Positions 43,358 through 55,472 of a stretch of 64,000 nt of DNA are shown here, piece after piece. The stretch is from Lobosporangium transversale. Its lineage: Eukaryota. The notes beneath the pieces were generated by a model. That model made no database searches. It was not told where the DNA came from and saw only the letters and a program-made list of their open reading frames with translations. The position numbers and the translations under genes are program-made. Every line of letters begins with the position of its first letter. Within the stretch, counting starts at the first letter, position 1. The stretch covers positions 186,001 through 250,000 of the forward strand of contig NW_019029006.1 of assembly GCF_002105155.1 (NCBI RefSeq). The letters are read 5' to 3'.

Positions 43358-45681
43358 CTCCAACCGGGGCTTACCGCATCGCCGTGGATGTTGGCTGCAT
43401 GGTATCCTTTGGCCTTGGTAAAAGAAGTGCTACCTTAAAAAATATGATCTGTCATTGTTATTGTGATATTGGTAAGGAAAGTGTACCTAGTCATTTACTC
43501 AGTTCTGGAGGTGAATATCAGAAAAATCAATCCTCTGCTTTCTATTAGCTCTGCTCCGCTTGTATAAAAGCCCGTGTTCCATAGGTGCTCCAATATACGT
43601 ATTGTAGAGCAAGCCTTCTGCTTGAGGATGTGAAAAGTAAGAGTCACCAAAAGTTATATGGAAAGTTGTTACTTTTGCACTGTATTCTTTATTGGAATAC
43701 CAACTAGCAATACCCTGCTTGGGGAAGTAGTTCAGGCTTCAAGCTTCCGAATACTATGGCGTTAAACAATAATGTCAGATAACGAAGCGACAACTGTAAA
43801 ATACTTGCGATATGCTATGATGCCATAGTCGATCTTATAGGAGTAATATCTCTTAACTTGATATTGGCTTCAGATGAGGAGTTGATAGCCTGAAATTTAA
43901 GTATATGGTCCACCGCCGTATCTTCTACAAAAGCTGATACTTAGATCATAAAGTTGAGTCTCTGCTGTCGATATCCAATGTCTAATCTAAAAATGTCATA
44001 TGATATTTGGTGACTCTTACTTTTCACATCCTCAAGCAGAAGGCTTGCTCTACAATACGTATATTGGAGCACCTATGGAACACGGGCTTTTATACAAGCG
44101 GAGCAGAGCTAATAGAAAGCAGAGGATTGATTTTTCTGATATTCACCTCCAGAACTGAGTAAATGACTAGGTACACTTTCCTTACCAATATCACAATAAC
44201 AATGACAGATCATATTTTTTAAGGTAGCACTTCTTTTACCAAGGCCAAAGGATACCATGCAGCCAACATCCACGGCGATGCGGTAAGCCCCGGTTGGAGT
44301 ATTAAAAAAAAAAAAAAAATTAAAACTCACTCTTTGCGTGTTAGTGTACGTCTCTTTGATGATGATTGAGCAGGATTCTGAGGTCTTTGTCTGGGTGCTT
44401 TCCACTGGTGCACCTTCATTGCTTTAGGTAGGGGACGCTGCGCCCGCCGTATCTGGACTTTACATCGTACCTTGACTTTGGCGTCGCCGTCGCCTGATTG
44501 TTATGTTGGTCGGCCGGCCCAGTCACGGTCCGGTAACGGTTATACTTGAACCGTTTAGCAAAGCAGACTTCGTGCCTGCCAATCTACTATCGTAAGCAAT
44601 ATGTGGCCGCGAGTAATGACTATCGGCAGCACTTAAAAGGATGTTATTTACCTCGACCTCGTGCGCCTGCCGCAACTGTGTCGTTCTATGCTGTTGCCTG
44701 CACAGTCCTTGGTACCAGGAGCTGAGTAATACATAATCAAAATGGACTGCTGGGCCGAGTGATAGCCCGTAAGAGGAGCTGGTGTTTGCTTGAGCTCGAT
44801 GAACACTCGCTTTGAAGTTTCAAAAATCTATTGCGTTTGGTTCCCTCGTCTGACCTCAAATACTCCTAGACAAAGCCCTCTGCATCTGTATGATAATAAA
44901 ATCATTGAATGCTGACAGATTAGTAAATGCCGGCAATAGCAATATACGAGAGATATAATTGTCTTTTTATGATGCTCAAATTGGTAGCAAGCGAGTGATG
45001 GTACATTACGTGTATAGTTATTCAGACTAACAACACACAGGGCTACCAGTTGCTAACGTGTAACGCTCAGTGATAGGAGCACTTGGTCCAGATTTTAGAT
45101 AAGGGCTTTACGTCTCGGGATCATCCACCAGATCGTTTGGATACCTTCGTACTCCAAAGCACCGCGGTCCCTAGTAAGGCACACATCGCCTTTCATATAC
45201 TCCCCTGCCATCTCAAGATCCGCTTCCAAGGAACAAATATCAACGCTCCGGCCTTTGGCCTCAAGATTAGCTGCCACTGCTCCCTTCTGTCGGTTTCTCC
45301 ACTCGAACCCTCGGTTAGGATGTCTCTTGGTATCCAAATGATACTTTTTCTGAATACTATAGTCTTGGTCGCACCGGCCTTGGAATGTTCGTATATAATC
45401 CTTCGCTTTTTTCAATGATACCGAGCGTGATCGGTCCCGTTCTGTATGAGTTTGCTCTTTCACTAGAGCTTGGCCGCCATCAAATAACAGTACTGAGTTG
45501 GAGGGATCCAGGGCCTCACCGAATCCTTCCACCACAGCTTGATGTGCCTGGACTGCCGCATGAGTCGAATACGCCATCCTTATAAGGCTGTAAAAAGCCC
45601 CTTGTGGTTCCACAGGCAGCACGGCATCTGGCGGGCCATAGCCTTTTTTCTTCACTTTACTTAATGAGTTGGCACTCCCAT
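42115..45681 (-). pseudogene. Decayed XPG/FEN1-like nuclease + TnpB/Fanzor-like RuvC nuclease gene (copy B), interrupted by an inverted repeat
   Basis: 5' part: MGV start at 45681, ..LLFDG..KEQTHTER.., EADLEMA..DVCLTRD, H3TH-like QLVALCVVSLNNYTRNVPSL. 3' part: IKLL/LNLRQMYIVGC (RuvC-I-like), NLAVKVKAAYHP, MVGGGIG, GADKYYASKKYSGC (RuvC-II/Zn), PRCHTRLHRDILAAEDI (RuvC-III), CLQP. Many stops and frameshifts; GT-AG introns at 44947-44886 and 42443-42361. Confidence 0.75.
43296..44350. repeat. Long inverted repeat: 298-bp arms (43354-43651 and 44006-44303), 354-bp spacer, outer poly(T)/poly(A) and diverged outer extensions
   Basis: Arm 1 (aatactccaaccggggcttaccg...gagtcaccaaa) is the reverse complement of arm 2 (tttggtgactc...cggtaagccccggttggagtatt), with no mismatch seen by eye. 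The outer cgtacactaac / gttagtgtacg segments also pair. Confidence 0.95.
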
Positions 45682-46274
45682 TGTCCAATCATTTCTTTTC
45701 TAGTGCCGCTAGAGTGCACTAATCGATATACAGAAGTAGAGAGTAGGGTAGCGAATAATAGCTTCAGATGATAGATGGGAGCAACGTTGAGAGGAGCTGT
45801 AGAGCGTGAGTCAAACTTTTTGCTGGGCAAACTATAGCGCAAAAGAGTAAGTGAGAATAAGATGTGAGTCCACACACCAAGAGATTTTATATAGTTTCTT
45901 GTATTAATGAATATGCAGCTTTTATTGATGAACATACGGCTTTTACCAAAGAACATAAATCTTGATATTCAGGCAGCGTGAGGATGACCTAGAGGAGAGC
46001 CATCCTTTAAAATAAATAGGAAAAAAATAAATAAAATAAATAAAAGTGTGTATTCACCAGAATGACAAGCTCAACAGGGGAAAAGTTCCTTCTACTTTGG
46101 AGCACGTCATGGACGCGGCATGCAAATTAGTCTTCAGTAAACTATATAAAATTTCCTGGTTCGACTATAACTGAATTCCTTTGCAGTTACTTGGCTCCTC
46201 TATCTCGAGTAATGCTAGGGTCTTGGCACGCGCTGTACGAAGAATACTGGTTTTTTTTTTTTTTTTTTTTTTTT

Positions 46275-47110
46275 TTGGAAATAGGTAGTTCGCTATTGGC
46301 AGAGCGGATAGCCACGGGCATTATTAGCTATGCTGCGGCCAACTATCACATCTCTGTGTATGGATACTTTGCACATGGGATTAAAAGCCGGTGAATACCA
46401 ACTTGCTCTACAAATTCCTGGTAGGTTAGATACTTCTTAGAGCTGTAGTATTCATTCACAGCATCAACAATGTATTCAAGGAACCTGACCTGAAATAAGC
46501 GTAAATATTAGCTGGTAGCATTGAAAGCGCCTACTGCTCGAATGAAGTAAGATTGGAACGACTCATGCGATGAGGGAAATTCAGCCTTGGCCTACAGCAA
46601 TTACGACTTTTTTAGTCTCTTTCCTTTCACTCCAATTGAGCCACTAGCAATCTGGAGCAAACGAATGGCAGCCTATTCACCCATGTCCACTTCGTATTCC
46701 ACCGGTGCCTTTTGATAGATCTTTTCTTGTAGAAGGAACTAAGGCGTGTTTCCGCTTCTACAAGCTTACTAATGTAACCTTCGATGCTTGCTATATTGCC
46801 CTGGGGGGGGGGGGGGGGAAGATAAGATGCTTTTAATACCGTTGGTGGGTTCTGTAGAGCCATCAATGACCGCTGCTTTCCTTCCTTCTACCCCAGTTTC
46901 AGTGCCTTTTGTTTGACAGCCAGGTTGTAGAACTTGGACTGCATGGTCGCGCTATTGAGGCTTCCAGTACTTGGTAACAAAGCATTGGCGCCAATCACAC
47001 GCGCTTTTCCTAGCTCGAGGACCATCTCTTGATGTCTCCCGGTTGACATCCCAAGGGTCGAGAACATCTTAGTTGACCTTGGAGCAGAGTCAGTCAGAGC
47101 CGTAACAAAG
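46275..47110 (-). pseudogene. Second decayed TnpB/Fanzor-like RuvC nuclease fragment (copy A, C-terminal part only)
   Basis: VLELGKARVIGANALLP, FYNLAVKQKA, LSSFYKKRSIKRHRW, LLQIASGSIG..KVVIAVG, HESFQSYFIRA | intron | VRFLEYIVDAVNEYYSSKKYLTY, CKVSIHRDVI..ANNARGY. Collinear with copy B; frameshifts and stops present. Confidence 0.78.
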
Positions 47111-48794
47111 CTGATAAAGATTACATTTTCTGGCCCATAAAAAAAACTAATTAATCGCCAGCAATAGGATGGCTCCACCCCGTAACACTGCAAGTTTCTT
47201 TAATTTTTTTTTTTTTTTATATAGTTCCTTAGTAAACGTGTTACTATATCATTCACGTATGCCTGGATATAGTTCTAGAAGCCTCGATTCTTATGATGGG
47301 TGATCAAGATATAGATAGAAAGTATTTTGGATGCTTTTTCTTTTTGATTCTCAGCATCGGTTGCTTCGTTCCTGAACTATTCTGCATCAGATATCAGGAT
47401 AATTCCATTATTTGATACCTTTTTTTTTGTTTGGAGTACAGAAAAATTTGTTTATTAATTTATTTTTGTGCTAATAAATTTCTACACGTTTTTCTTCGGT
47501 CATAATTAACCAAATAAAAAATAATAATCATAATAAAAAAAACGCAGGAAGCAATACAAAAAAAAAATTGCAAAAATAGAAAGGGACAGTCTTTAGTTTG
47601 ACGTTTTAAAGTGTTCGTACTTTACGTTATATTCCTCATTTCCTTAATTGATGAGCGGGTTCATTGTCGCGTAAATAAGGTTTCCCCAAACCGCGAATTA
47701 CAAAAAGAATATGGTTTGTAGTTAATCAAAGGCGAGGAAAAAAGAGGAGAAAGAAGAAGAGGAGAGCAGAGACCTGTGCTGTTCGCTCTTTTTGTAGTCC
47801 TTTTCAATTACAAGAAGTTTATTAAGCAAACAATTTTTATTGAAAAGATCTAACTAAAAAGAGCAAGCAGCACAGATCTTTGGAAGAGAAGAAGAAAACC
47901 CAGACAGATCTTTCATACCGCGAGATTTATTATAATGTGATTTTTTTATTACAAGTATTGAGTTATTGGTTCAATCCTAGATGAATACTCTCTGTAATGA
48001 AATCCCTCTTTGAAGGGACTTTACAAAGAGGCACTATAGCAGTAAAGTAATTTTCTAAAAAAAAAAAAAAAAAAAAAAGTTTGAGTAAATTAACTTCGCT
48101 GGCAAAAACAATCCACAAATATACATCTATTCATTCGTAAACCCAATTCAATCCAACTGATAGAGAGGAACAAGAAGACGTCAATAGAACATTGATTATG
48201 ACGCAAATGAATGCACTCATTGTTGGCTAAAAAAGCCAAGAACCAAGCAAAAGAGGTTCAAAAAAACCTTAAAGCGTCAGTGCTGTTCCTATGAAAACAC
48301 GCAGAAACACAAACCTCAGGGGCGAATATGTGTGGTGACGCTACTTGCTAGAAATAGATAGCTAAACAATGATGAATAGTTTTTTTTATGACGAAGTTTT
48401 GTAATATATGCTGTTCCGAGAAACCAGCCTTATTTAGGAACAAAGAGATTATCAACCGTCCTTATGATTTGAATGTGATACTGAATTAGCCATCACACTC
48501 ATACATGCTCGATGGGATCGCAATGTTAATGGAGTAAAATGCGCCAGTAAATCAGATCGAAAGGCTATCTTGACCTCGGAATCTGTCAACCAACCATTCA
48601 ATGATAAAGCAAGAATGAGATAAATTTTTTTCCAGTGATACCTCCGTCTATCTGAAAAATATAATAAATCATATTATGGTATGAGTCATTAGTAAGCATG
48701 AGAGTGGTATGGATGCAATTAAAACATATGGCTCTTTTATCATAACGGATTGTCGTGGGATTAACGTCTCCTATCAAAGGGTCATTGCCCAACC

Positions 48795-48870
48795 AAAGAT
48801 CATCGCTTCCGACTAAAAGATCATCGCTTCCGACTAAAGGATCATCGGGTCATATCAATGGATCATCGGT
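48795..48870 (+). repeat. Short 21-bp tandem repeat (aaagatcatcgcttccgacta) with degenerate extra copies
   Basis: Two near-exact units plus two degenerate gatcatcgg units, read directly. Confidence 0.8.
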
Positions 48871-51428
48871 AGTTATAAACAGTTACGCACGGTTGCATTC
48901 GTTTCCAATGTTTCGGTACATGTTCTACGCAATACTGACATCAAGGTTCACAAAACTCTGTTCTCAGAATGATCCAAATGCGGGCGTAACGATGATCTAT
49001 GACTTGGAAAACAAAGACCAATCATACACTGTCCAATTTACCCCGCATCAAACCATGGTGCCTGGCCTGAAAAAGGTACTAATGACAACACTGTGAGATA
49101 ATATATAATATATTGCATGCATTTATATATTTATCATATTGATTGTTATACGTTGATAGTCTTTTAAAATGATAAATGAACGTGAGAGAAATAATAAGAA
49201 TGTATTAAAAAATTAAAAGGTCTGTCTTTCTTAGCGCTCGGTTCTCTCCACTCGAGCATTCATAATCGATGAGCCGTTGAGAGACTAGAAAAAAATTAGA
49301 CAGGGTAGGTGGTCAGGGCCCACGACCCTCTTATTCTTAGCTTTAGCTAAAGCTATCAATATACTTTAAATGCGAAAATCGTACTAACGTGCATGAATAT
49401 TCTAACGTCATGAAGTAAGGGAGAAACATTGCGTCCTGTGATGGTTCATAAGGCGCACCATTTTTGGCACACAATCGCCGTCAGTCCATCAGTCCATTAG
49501 TCCATCAGTACTCGAACCACGCACGGTCAACAAAGAGAGTCTAGGCAGCTAGTGCCTGATTGTCTATCGTCATTTCTCATATGTCCTATTCGCTTAGTGT
49601 CTGCTGGTATTATTTTAGTCGTTACTATGCGTTGCATTGTTGCCTTTGTGTGTGTGCAGTATAAATATAGCCCGTTTCATTTGGTCGCGATACCTTATAT
49701 TTTTTGAATACTTTCGAGTGTATTGGCAGCCAATTAGCTCGCTTGTTACGAGTATTGTTGCAAGTCCGTCACGTAGTGAGATGCCACCAGAACAATTCAA
49801 TCATCGTTTTTAGATTAAAAATATAAGGTATCGTGACCAAATAAAATTGGCGATATATGCGTGTGTATAGATAACAAGCTATTTGAACTAAACGTGTGTT
49901 CCTTCCCACTAAAAAAACCCAAATTTCAACTGGGGCCGGGAATGACGACATAATTTTTTTCCTTTGCCCAGGGGTAAATAGATAGGAATAGACGTCTGAA
50001 ATAGTGCAGATCCTGTGTTTGCAAGAAGCCTTAGTACATGAACAGTGCTATCTTATTGCTGTAGGTATCATTAAATTGAATTTAGTAAAATAATCTTCTT
50101 TCTTCTTTTCTTTGCCAAGCCTATGACGACTGACAAATACTTCCTAAACGAGCTCACGATAAACGACTATGAACCCTTCAATGACCACTGATAAAAGGCA
50201 GGATAGTGATTTTCATTTTTTTTTTTTTTTGCATTTGTTCCTCGCTTTGGCCAAAACGTAACACAAAATTTTTAAATCCAAATTGGGAAAGCTTGGACTG
50301 CAGCCACGGGCAGTGGCTGCAGAAACGTATTTTATCTGAATGCTGATAGGATACAGAAGGGGTGTGATTGCATAGTGGCAGAACCTGCTCTTCCGTATTT
50401 TAGTATAGAGTTGAAAACGGTTTTTTTATGCTCTGTGCTCTCTCGTTAATCTTAAGGTGCCTTTAAAACACAGGTCTCTGGCTAAAAAATCTGTCTCTGT
50501 CCTTGTTCTTATTTTGTGTGCATTGTAATAATAAAACAATGTATCATAGCGCCTTTTTTATATTCCATTATTTGCTGTTCTAGTTATTCTATCTCGTAAT
50601 ATTCCTTTATTGAATTAAAGACTGAATTGTTTGAGATAAAGATTAAATAAACAATCGACAAAAAAAGTATCTTAATGGTTCCCAAAAGTGAGGGTAGATG
50701 GCTGTTCATAAAAGAATGAAAAACAGTGTTCATGTCCCCGATCAGATTGAATCTTATTGAATCGTATTTAATATGGTAACTCGCACCCTTTGTTTTCTCC
50801 TTGACCATAAAAAAAAATGCGCGAGTGTTCAATGTGCGTCTGCGTGTGCGTGGGTGCTGGCTGCCTCATTTTTTATTTGTGTCGATTCATTTGATTCATT
50901 CATTCACTTTTTTTTTTTTTTTTTTTTACGTTATGCATTTTTGACTAACCATCAATAGAGACAATATTTTCGAATATAATCTTCCTTGAATATATTATAT
51001 ATATTATATATATTATTATAATAATAAGGCAATTCACTTCCCCAACCATCTGACTCTGACACATCCTTATAAATACTCTTGTTTCTTTTGATGCATTAAC
51101 CTTTCTTCTTTTCTTTTCCTTTTTTTTCTTGGTTGGATCTTCATTTTATCACGCTCCTTGCTCATTGTAACTTTGACACTTCTTTTCAGACATATCAAGA
51201 AGTATTTAAAAACTCATTCAGTCTTCTTTACCCCTCTCCTCCTTCACAAGCTTTTTCTTTTTCCCGAACATTTTATTTTGCGTCCCTCTTTATCGACAAC
51301 ACCGCGACAGCCTACAGCCCGGTTAATAACATTAATAAGAATTACAAAAGCACCCCTTTTCTTCTCACACATCCTTGTTCTCTTCAAAGTCAGAGCCAAC
51401 AAGTTTTTTCTTTTAAAGAATCAAAATC

Positions 51429-53422
51429 ATGTCTTTGGAAGCCGATATCCGTCGAGGTAGGCATTTTTATCCAGTGATCCTCACTGTCTTTTTATATTGT
51501 ATTATACAATATATTATGGCCAGAGAATCTCATGTCCCTTTTTTTCTGCGGACATGCCACCATCAAAAGCAGAAAGATCATCAAAAAACACCATCACGTT
51601 ACTCTTTTTTCATTGCCCTATTACAATCACTATCTCTTCTACTCAAAATCCTCTCACTTCTTGCCTATTAAAGAAAGGAAAATATTAAAAGCGTTTATAA
51701 TCTCTCTATACAGACGAGATCAACGTTGACTTTGACTTGCACATCTTCCCCTTTATTGCATATGTTTATCTCACCTGCTGCCGATGATGGACTTGTTCGT
51801 TTGATGTTCAAAAAAAAAAACTCTGACACTGTTTTCCTGACTGTCACAATGATATACTGATGCCAACCAACAAAAACTATTTCCTATTATTACCCTCTCA
51901 TTTTTTTTTCCCCTCATTTTCATGATGGATAAATTCATTTTCCTTTTGGCTTTGTGAATCAATGACCTTCCCCATTTACACACAAAATACCCGACACACT
52001 TGAACATACTACTCCCTCTTCTATCAACCATCTATTTCTTTCACCCATACAGACACAATCCCTACCTTGACCTACTTCCTGATGGAATCCGAGGAACTGA
52101 CACCTGGGTTCGGTCTCAATTTAGATAATCCCTACAGCCCTTTCGAGGCCAACTACAAATTTCTCAATCCTGGCACACCGAGATCGGATGCTGATCTCTT
52201 TGAAACCAGCTTCAAGGCCCCAAGTACGATTTCTATGCTCCCGCAGCCACATCGGCCGCTTCCCGAACAGCATCCGTGGTCGGACATGGTGTTTGATGTG
52301 GCCTGCATGCCTCTGCGCCAAATGTCGCCTGGTATCTCTCTCCCATCAGCTTCCCCAAACTCCTCTATGCCCACACCACCTCTTTATTCAGGTTCTACCG
52401 TTTCGAGCGCCTTTAGTTCGCGAACATCCTCCATGTGCTCTGACCAACCTCTCACACTTGTTGAAGCTACCCGTACTCTTACTCATGATCACCTCACCTT
52501 TAACCTTTCTCCCTCCAAAAAGTCAAAACACAGTGACCTGGATCTTCCACCTCTTGCACCTGATTCTCCTGTACAGGACTCTCTTGTACCGAGCGATACT
52601 TTAAGAAACAGCAGCATGGACACAACTCTCTCTAGTGAAATTTATTCCCAGCTTGACCTTCAAGGGGATGATCTTGAAGCAGATGGCCAAGATATGAGTG
52701 ACCATTTTGAAAGCACCATGGATGTGGATTCAAATGAGTCTAATGATGAAGGCGATGACGAGGCTGGCTCCTTCAAAGACTCCGATTCGCGTGAATCATC
52801 CTCTATGGGCGACATCTCTCCTGTCAAAGGTCGCGCCACGCGCTCATCCGCTCGGGCTGCCACTAGAGCGTCCAAATCCAAGCCACCAGCCAAGACGTCC
52901 ACAAGAGCAAAGAAGAACGTTGCAACCAAAGCCGCACAGGCCCCACAGAAGATCAAGACAACCCTAAAGAATGCAGGCCGAGCCTCTTCCATGGGATCTA
53001 AATCACCTACTAGTGCTAGCGATAGCAGCAGTAGTGGTAGCATCAGTAGCAGCAGTTCCCGCAAACATTCTTCCGCTGAAGAAGAATCTCCTGAAGCCAA
53101 ACGTCAAAAGTTCTTGGAACGCAACCGTATGGCCGCGTCCAAATGTCGAGAGAAGAAGCGACTGCAAACTCTTAAGACGATTGCTGACGCAGATGCTATC
53201 ACTGCACGCAACCAAGCTTTACATGAGCTGCAAGAAGAGTTACAGGAAGAGGTACGGACACTCAAAAACCAGATTCTATGTCACCGTGACTGCGGTTGTG
53301 ATGTGATTCAGAAGTTTGTTCAGAGCAGCTTTGGTGCAGCCTCGATTTTTGCAGGACCAGCCCATGCACAAATTCAAGCACAAGTGCGCGCAGCTGCCCG
53401 TCCACACACCCATATGCTTTAA
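51429..53422 (+). CDS. ATF/CREB-type (Atf1/ATF2-like) bZIP transcription factor; exons 51429-51456 and 52053-53422
   Basis: Basic region KRQKFLERNRMAASKCREKK, a leucine zipper and LCHRDCGC tail. The short first exon MSLEADIRR splices in frame (GTAGGC/ACAG). Confidence 0.9.
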
Positions 53423-54337
53423 AAAAGCAGTAGTGTAGCCACCTGTCTTTGTAATTTTTTTTCTCTTTCAAACTTTATGACTATTCTCGCATGAATTTCT
53501 GCAGCACATCAGGATATTGCTTAATACCGCGACAAATGTACATAGTGATCAAAACTTTCCAGGGTCGCGCGTCTTTCCTCTACTTTGTTAGTCCTCTCAC
53601 TGTACCATATAGTATTTTCCTTTTCAGCGTCTTTATTTTATTACTTTTTACTTTTTCTCAAGAAAAAACATAGTACATCTATTACTGTTCGTGCACGTCG
53701 CACTAAACAAATAAAAATCCATTATTGCTTCAAAAACGTGTTTTGTTGGTTATATGTTCCTCTCGTGGTAAAAGAACATCAGAAGGAATAATCATCAATT
53801 ATCCGGTTCGAATGGCATAGCAAATTGCACAGCTCTTGTAGAAACGAGTGGAAAAACCTGAATCAGCGAGACACATGGCAACGGAATTTCCCTAGATAAT
53901 AACGAGGATGGTAGTACAACCAGAGCCGCCTATAGAAAGTCCATAGTCAACCAACGGATATAGTTCATTGAAGAAAAAAGAGCATTGTTGACGCGTCGTG
54001 AATAAAGTTGCGCTCTTTCGCAGAAATCAAAGCTTAATGGTTAATGTTTAATGAAATATCAATACCGGGAGTTCATCTTGCCAACGAAAGAGGGAAGAAT
54101 CACTCATGTCCAACGTTGAAGTGTTTTTTGAATATAATTTTTGAATGGGCTTGTGCATCTTCTATACTTTAATGTGGTTGTGTCTGTGTATCATCATTAT
54201 CACCATCAAGCATTGCCCTTTCTTCCTCGCCCATCTCCTTTCTTCCCAACGCCATTTTTTCTTCTATTTTTTTCTTTTCATTTCCACTACCACCACAGTA
54301 AACTTGGTAGTACACGAAGATATATTTTTGACACATT

Positions 54338-55472
54338 ATGAATACTACGTTGACGACACAGCCAGAGCATGTACTGGTAAGCCATAACTTAGTGGCGTTC
54401 TGAATGGTGCAAAAAAAAAAAAAAAAGATTGATTAGAATTAAATTGGCATCAATGAACATCCATTACGAATTGAATAAATTAGGATGTGGCTGTTCTTTA
54501 ATGCATGTTATGCATGTGTTGCATGTGATGACACGAATGAATATTCTTTGAAGCTTAATATATGGCAACAACGCGTTGGAAAAACTAAAAATAAAAAGAA
54601 AGGGACCTTCATCCTAATAAATATGGAGCCTGTGTTGGCGCATTCATGTTGCCATATTACACATCATCGATGAATTGAATATTTCCAACCTGTTATTTCT
54701 TTCATCACAATCATTCTTATCCTATTCTGGTCATTGTATTCATCTTTAGAAGCTTCAGACCACAGATAGAGACAATGATGTCCCATCTGATTCGGAAGCG
54801 GATGATGACTACGGATATGATGAGGATCAGGAGGAGGAAGACAGTAATGGGATCATTGATCATACAACATTTGACCAGTTACTGGAGATGGACGATGAAG
54901 AAGACCGTGAGTTCTCAAAGTCCTTGGTTTTCAATTATTTCGAGCAAGCAGAGCAGACATTTGAAGAGCTAGAAGAAGCCATGTAAGCAAACAAGAAAAG
55001 TTTATTATAGTATGCAGATGGGCCATATGACCGAAATGGCATTGGCACATCCAATATCAAAATATTACAGGTGGTTTTTGGTTTTAAAACAGAAACACGA
55101 TGACACTTTTTCCACTGGAGAACTTTTAAACAAATCTTTCAAGTGCACGTTACATTGTTGCAGGATCAAATAATAAAGCCACTCTTTTCTTTTATTTTAA
55201 CTATACCGCGCAGGTCACGTCTTGGCTTCGCAGATCTTTCGAGACTTGGTCATTTTCTGAAAGGCTCATCTGCAGCCTTGGGACTGATCAAGATTAAGTC
55301 CTCATGCGAGAGACTGCAGCATTATGGAAACCGTAAAGAGGCTGATGGTGTCACGTCTATAACGAACAAGGAAGCTGAATTGCTGATCCGAGCCTTGTTG
55401 ATTCAGATGAGGAAAGAATATGAAGAAGCGAAGGAATATTTGAAAGACTTTTACAAAGATGGAGATGAGTAA
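54338..55472 (+). CDS. YPD1: Histidine phosphotransfer (HPt) protein Ypd1/Mpr1, 3 exons (first exon tentative)
   Basis: IDHTTFDQLLEMDDEEDREFSKSLVFNYFEQAEQTF / LSRLGHFLKGSSAALGLIKIKSSCERLQHYG, with the phospho-accepting His. Confidence 0.93.

Noticed and set aside
44109..44405. 98-aa ORF in the inverted-repeat arm as a possible transposase
   Set aside because: It runs through a homopolymer and has no recognisable transposase motif.
48795..48870. Possible CRISPR-like or guide array near the RuvC relics
   Set aside because: The units are directly adjacent with no unique spacers and only 2-4 copies, so this is a simple minisatellite.
49481..49509. 8-bp tandem repeat (cagtccat) x3
   Set aside because: Too short, and typical of slippage in this repeat-rich genome.
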